Under the pieces are notes generated by a model that was not told the origin of the DNA, ran no database searches, and was given only the letters and a program-made list of their open reading frames with translations. Below, piece by piece: positions 60,264 to 64,000 of a DNA stretch of 64,000 nt. Made by a program: the position numbers and the translations under genes. Each line of letters starts with the position of its first letter. Position 1 is the first letter of the stretch. The stretch is from Chara braunii (taxonomy: Eukaryota > Plantae > Charophyceae), in the NCBI GenBank assembly GCA_003427395.1, contig BFEA01000035.1, positions 4,799,343 through 4,863,342 on the forward strand. The letters are read 5' to 3'.

Positions 60264-62097
60264 TAGTAATGCGAATTGTGGATGAATTAGAGTTTTCAAG
60301 GTTCGAGTTTTATAAGCTAAACCACTGCCGGGATAACTCCGGGTTGAATTGTTTTTTTTTTCTTTTTCTTTTTTGGGAAAACCGGGTTGAATTGTGAGGT
60401 CCCCGGCCTCTCTTTACTACTTGCAATATATGAAACAGTTTTAATATTAAAAAAAAAAAAAAAAAAAAAAAAGAAGCTCAGCGTAAAAGGTGTTCCATAA
60501 TCTAGCTTATAGTCTCCTGGAGAGAGGTCCCACTAGCAAAGAGGATTGGATTAAGCTCCTGAATGAATCTCTGGACGTGTTTTAAGCAGAGATGCAGAAA
60601 AGCAGTTCAATCTCGACTCTCTGCACCCTTTCCACAAGCACGTCCAGATTCAGGGGCTCCATCCCATCCTCTTTGCTAATGGGACCTCCGCCCCGGACTA
60701 TCTGCTAAGGAACAGATGCTACCAGATTTAACTGGAAACGGGGTCCAGCATCCTATTCCCTTTTTTTTTTTTTTTTTTTTTTTTGAGGAAAATTAGGAAC
60801 TTTCTTTTGACAGATTAATCTCAGAGTCATGTCTTCCCAGTGGTCTCATCTGACCATTAATCCTTGTGTTTTCCTGGAAGCAGTTCTCTCATTTATTTCA
60901 TCTTTCTTGGTAGTACGCATCTATCTCATCCTCTCACTAGTGTACGTATACTACGAGGAAGTGGTCCCACTAGCAAAGAGGATATAATAGAATGCCTGAA
61001 TCTGGACGAAGTTATGGAGATGTGCAGGGAATAGAGGTTGCACTGTTTTTCTGCATCTCTGCATAAAACCCATCCAGATTCAGGAGCTCTATCCTATCCT
61101 TTTTGAAAGTGGGACCTCCCGGGGGCCGGGGGAACACCAACCAACCCGGATCTCTCCTCAACCTACAGGGTGGGTTGGCACCACAGCTGTGGTCCCAGAG
61201 CAAGGCTGTACCAGTACCAGTCCCTCATCACGTGACGAGGGGTGGGCGAGGGGTGGGCAGGCATGTAGCGAGTAGTGGAGCGAGGCCTACGTCCCTACGT
61301 CTGCCGCACCAGAGATAAGTACAAGGATCCAATTCAGCTGGATTTTCAAATTGCCACGTCATCATATCAAGGATAACAACGGGAAAAAAGGGGAAAAAAA
61401 GAAAAAAAAAAGGCGGAGCAGCTCGTTGGGGAGGAGGATGAAGGATAGGGGGCCAAGTCCCACTAGCAGCGTTGAGCTACCTCAACGCCTGAATCTGGAC
61501 GTGTTTGTGGAGACGTGCAGTTCAGGAAACTCAACACCATTTCTGCACATCTCCGCAAAAGCGTCCAGATTCAGGCGTTGAGGTAGCTCAACGCTGCTAG
61601 TGGGACTTGGCCCGGGTGAGGGGGAGGGGGTGGCGAGAGAGGAAGAGAGGAGGAGCCCGAGCGGCAGAAACGGGGACGGCGATAGAGATGAGGAAAGAAG
61701 GAACAGGAAATGCAGACAAACAGAATGATCCTCTCATTGAGCTCATAAGCATACTACCTGTAGGGCTTTTTTGACTGAACGGCGGGGGTAATTGCGGTCG
61801 TATACATTCAGCTGTGATGCCTCCAGGAAAGTCCTGGGGCGTGGTCCCACTAAGCAAAGAGGATGGGATGGAATGCCTAAATCTGGACGAGGTTATGGAG
61901 ATGTGCAGGAAATCGAGATTGAACTGCTTTTCTGCATCTGTGCGTAAAACACATCCAGATTCAGGAGCTCGATACTATCCTTCTTGCTGGTGGGACCTCG
62001 GCCCTTGTGTGAGTATGCCCTCAGACCAACTTTCCTTTGTCGGATAAAAGCACCCGTTTCCTCCTCTTTTTCTTCTTCTTTTTTTTTTTTTTTTTTT

Positions 62098-62130
<33 letters not shown>

Positions 62131-62243
62131 TCTCGATTCCATGACCCCCTCCATATCACGAGAGGAGGGATTCACACTCGCTCGCGCAGAGGGCGCCCGC
62201 GCGCCCGCGCTCCCGCGTGTACGCGCACTCGCGCAAGAGCGAA

Positions 62244-62325
<82 letters not shown>

Positions 62326-62436
62326 ATTCTTTTTCCTTTTTGAAGGAAGGGGTCCGCAATAAGCTTGCTCTTACGTGCTGACCGCTTATGCCACCATGGC
62401 ATGTAATGCTTGATCGAGACCCAACAGGAAAGCCCT

Positions 62437-62495
62437 TTCTTTTTTTTTTTGAAAAATTTGGACCAATTTCTCGATTTATGCGTGTGCCATGCTAA
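62437..62495 (-). pseudogene. U6: U6 snRNA 3' retrocopy with internal deletion and A-tail
   Basis: Reverse complement ATTAGCATGGC-ACACGCATAAATCGAGAAATTGGTCCAAATTTTT followed by poly(A). Confidence 0.8.
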
Positions 62496-64000
62496 TTACC
62501 CTTCTGTGTGTCTGGACCCGGTTTCCAGCAAGGTTCTTGGAGAGGTCCCCGGCCTCCGCCATCCTTTTGCTTGGAATATAAAGTGACAACTTCTCAAAAG
62601 AAAAAAGAAAAAAAAANNNNNNNNNNNNNNNNNNNNNNNNNNNNNNNNNNNNNNNNNNNNNNNNNNNNNNNNNNNNNNNNNNNNNNNNNNNNNNNNNNNN
62701 NNNNNNNNNNNNNNNNNNNNNNNNNNNNNNNNNNNNNNNNNNNNNNNNNNNNNNNNNNNNNNNNNNNNNNNNNNNNNNNNNNNNNNNNNNNNNNNNNNNN
62801 NNNNNNNNNNNNNNNNNNNNNNNNNNNNNNNNNNNNNNNNNNNNNNNNNNNNNNNNNNNNNNNNNNNNNNNNNNNNNNNNNNNNNNNNNNNNNNNNNNNN
62901 NNNNNNNNNNNNNNNNNNNNNNNNNNNNNNNNNNNNNNNNNNNNNNNNNNNNNNNNNNNNNNNNNNNNNNNNNNNNNNNNNNNNNNNNNNNNNNNNNNNN
63001 NNNNNNNNNNNNNNNNNNNNNNNNNNNNNNNNNNNNNNNNNNNNNNNNNNNNNNNNNNNNNNNNNNNNNNNNNNNNNNNNNNNNNNNNNNNNNNNNNNNN
63101 NNNNNNNNNNNNNNNNNNNNNNNNNNNNNNNNNNNNNNNNNNNNNNNNNNNNNNNNNNNNNNNNNNNNNNNNNNNNNNNNNNNNNNNNNNNNNNNNNNNN
63201 NNNNNNNNNNNNNNNNNNNNNNNNNNNNNNNNNNNNNNNNNNNNNNNNNNNNNNNNNNNNNNNNNNNNNNNNNNNNNNNNNNNNNNNNNNNNNNNNNNNN
63301 NNNNNNNNNNNNNNNNNNNNNNNNNNNNNNNNNNNNNNNNNNNNNNNNNNNNNNNNNNNNNNNNNNNNNNNNNNNNNNNNNNNNNNNNNNNNNNNNNNNN
63401 NNNNNNNNNNNNNNNNNNNNNNNNNNNNNNNNNNNNNNNNNNNNNNNNNNNNNNNNNNNNNNNNNNNNNNNNNNNNTAAAGTCCAGGATGCTGTAGAGGC
63501 TAATTACCAGGCACACAGGGATCCCGGGGAGCCATGAGCCTTCGCAGTCCTAAGATACGAGGTCACCTCCCACCCTACCACTCATCAATACTCCCAAGGT
63601 AACCCCTAACCCAACTATCTTACCTCAGTGTAACCCACTCAGGACCATCACCCAACGGCTAGGTGGGTGACTTGGACCAGACAGTAGTGATAGGCACCAA
63701 GGCTAGCTATTACCCCAGCCCCAGTGGAAGCGGAATCGGACAGGCCTCGCTGTACGGGAACTTCAGACGCTAGGCACCACTATATTCTACCAACCTCAGA
63801 CGCTAGGCACCACTATATTCTACCAACCTCGTATCCTTATTGTAGAGATCATAGACCCCTGGGTTTTATTTTCAGGGACAGCTAACTAGCAGTCAGTACC
63901 CCAGTATAGTATCGATGAAAGTGGGACAAAGTCCAAAGGGTCAAACCGCTCAAACCAGACTCAAGTAGGGACTCAAGATGGACTCGAGCTGAAAGACAAG

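Larger units (their letters stand above)
59001..62004. mobile_element. Cluster of five PIF/Harbinger-like MITEs (59001-59153, 60519-60693, 60957-61120, 61450-61613, 61837-62004)
   Basis: Each has GTCCCACTAGC...GCTAGTGGGAC termini and an internal CCTGAATCTGGACG / CGTCCAGATTCAGG. Confidence 0.85.

Overview
This is a repeat-saturated, gap-containing eukaryotic window with no recognisable host protein-coding gene. The plant-type U6 3' end and the element content suggest a green plant or streptophyte alga, possibly a charophyte; this is an inference. Main contents: (1) a full-length, decayed L1-clade LINE (11604-19806, +) with a target-site duplication (TSD); (2) a second L1-clade LINE (51657-58579) with a twin-priming 5' inversion; (3) several 5'-truncated L1 fragments; (4) a Penelope-like element (33786-39123, +) with ~500 bp direct repeats and the order CCHC knuckle, coiled coil, SAP/HeH-like, GIY-YIG, CxC, RT, nested in a hAT-like MITE; (5) three hammerhead ribozyme motifs; (6) five U6 snRNA retrocopies; (7) many MITEs (PIF/Harbinger, Tc1/mariner, hAT, TTAA-TSD) and microsatellites. 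The most interesting signals are the gag-knuckle/N-terminal-endonuclease Penelope element, a conserved Nudix-like domain at the C-terminus of L1 ORF1, and a covarying double-hairpin or pseudoknot 3' RNA signal shared by about 15 retro-insertions. All calls are by eye; no searches were run.
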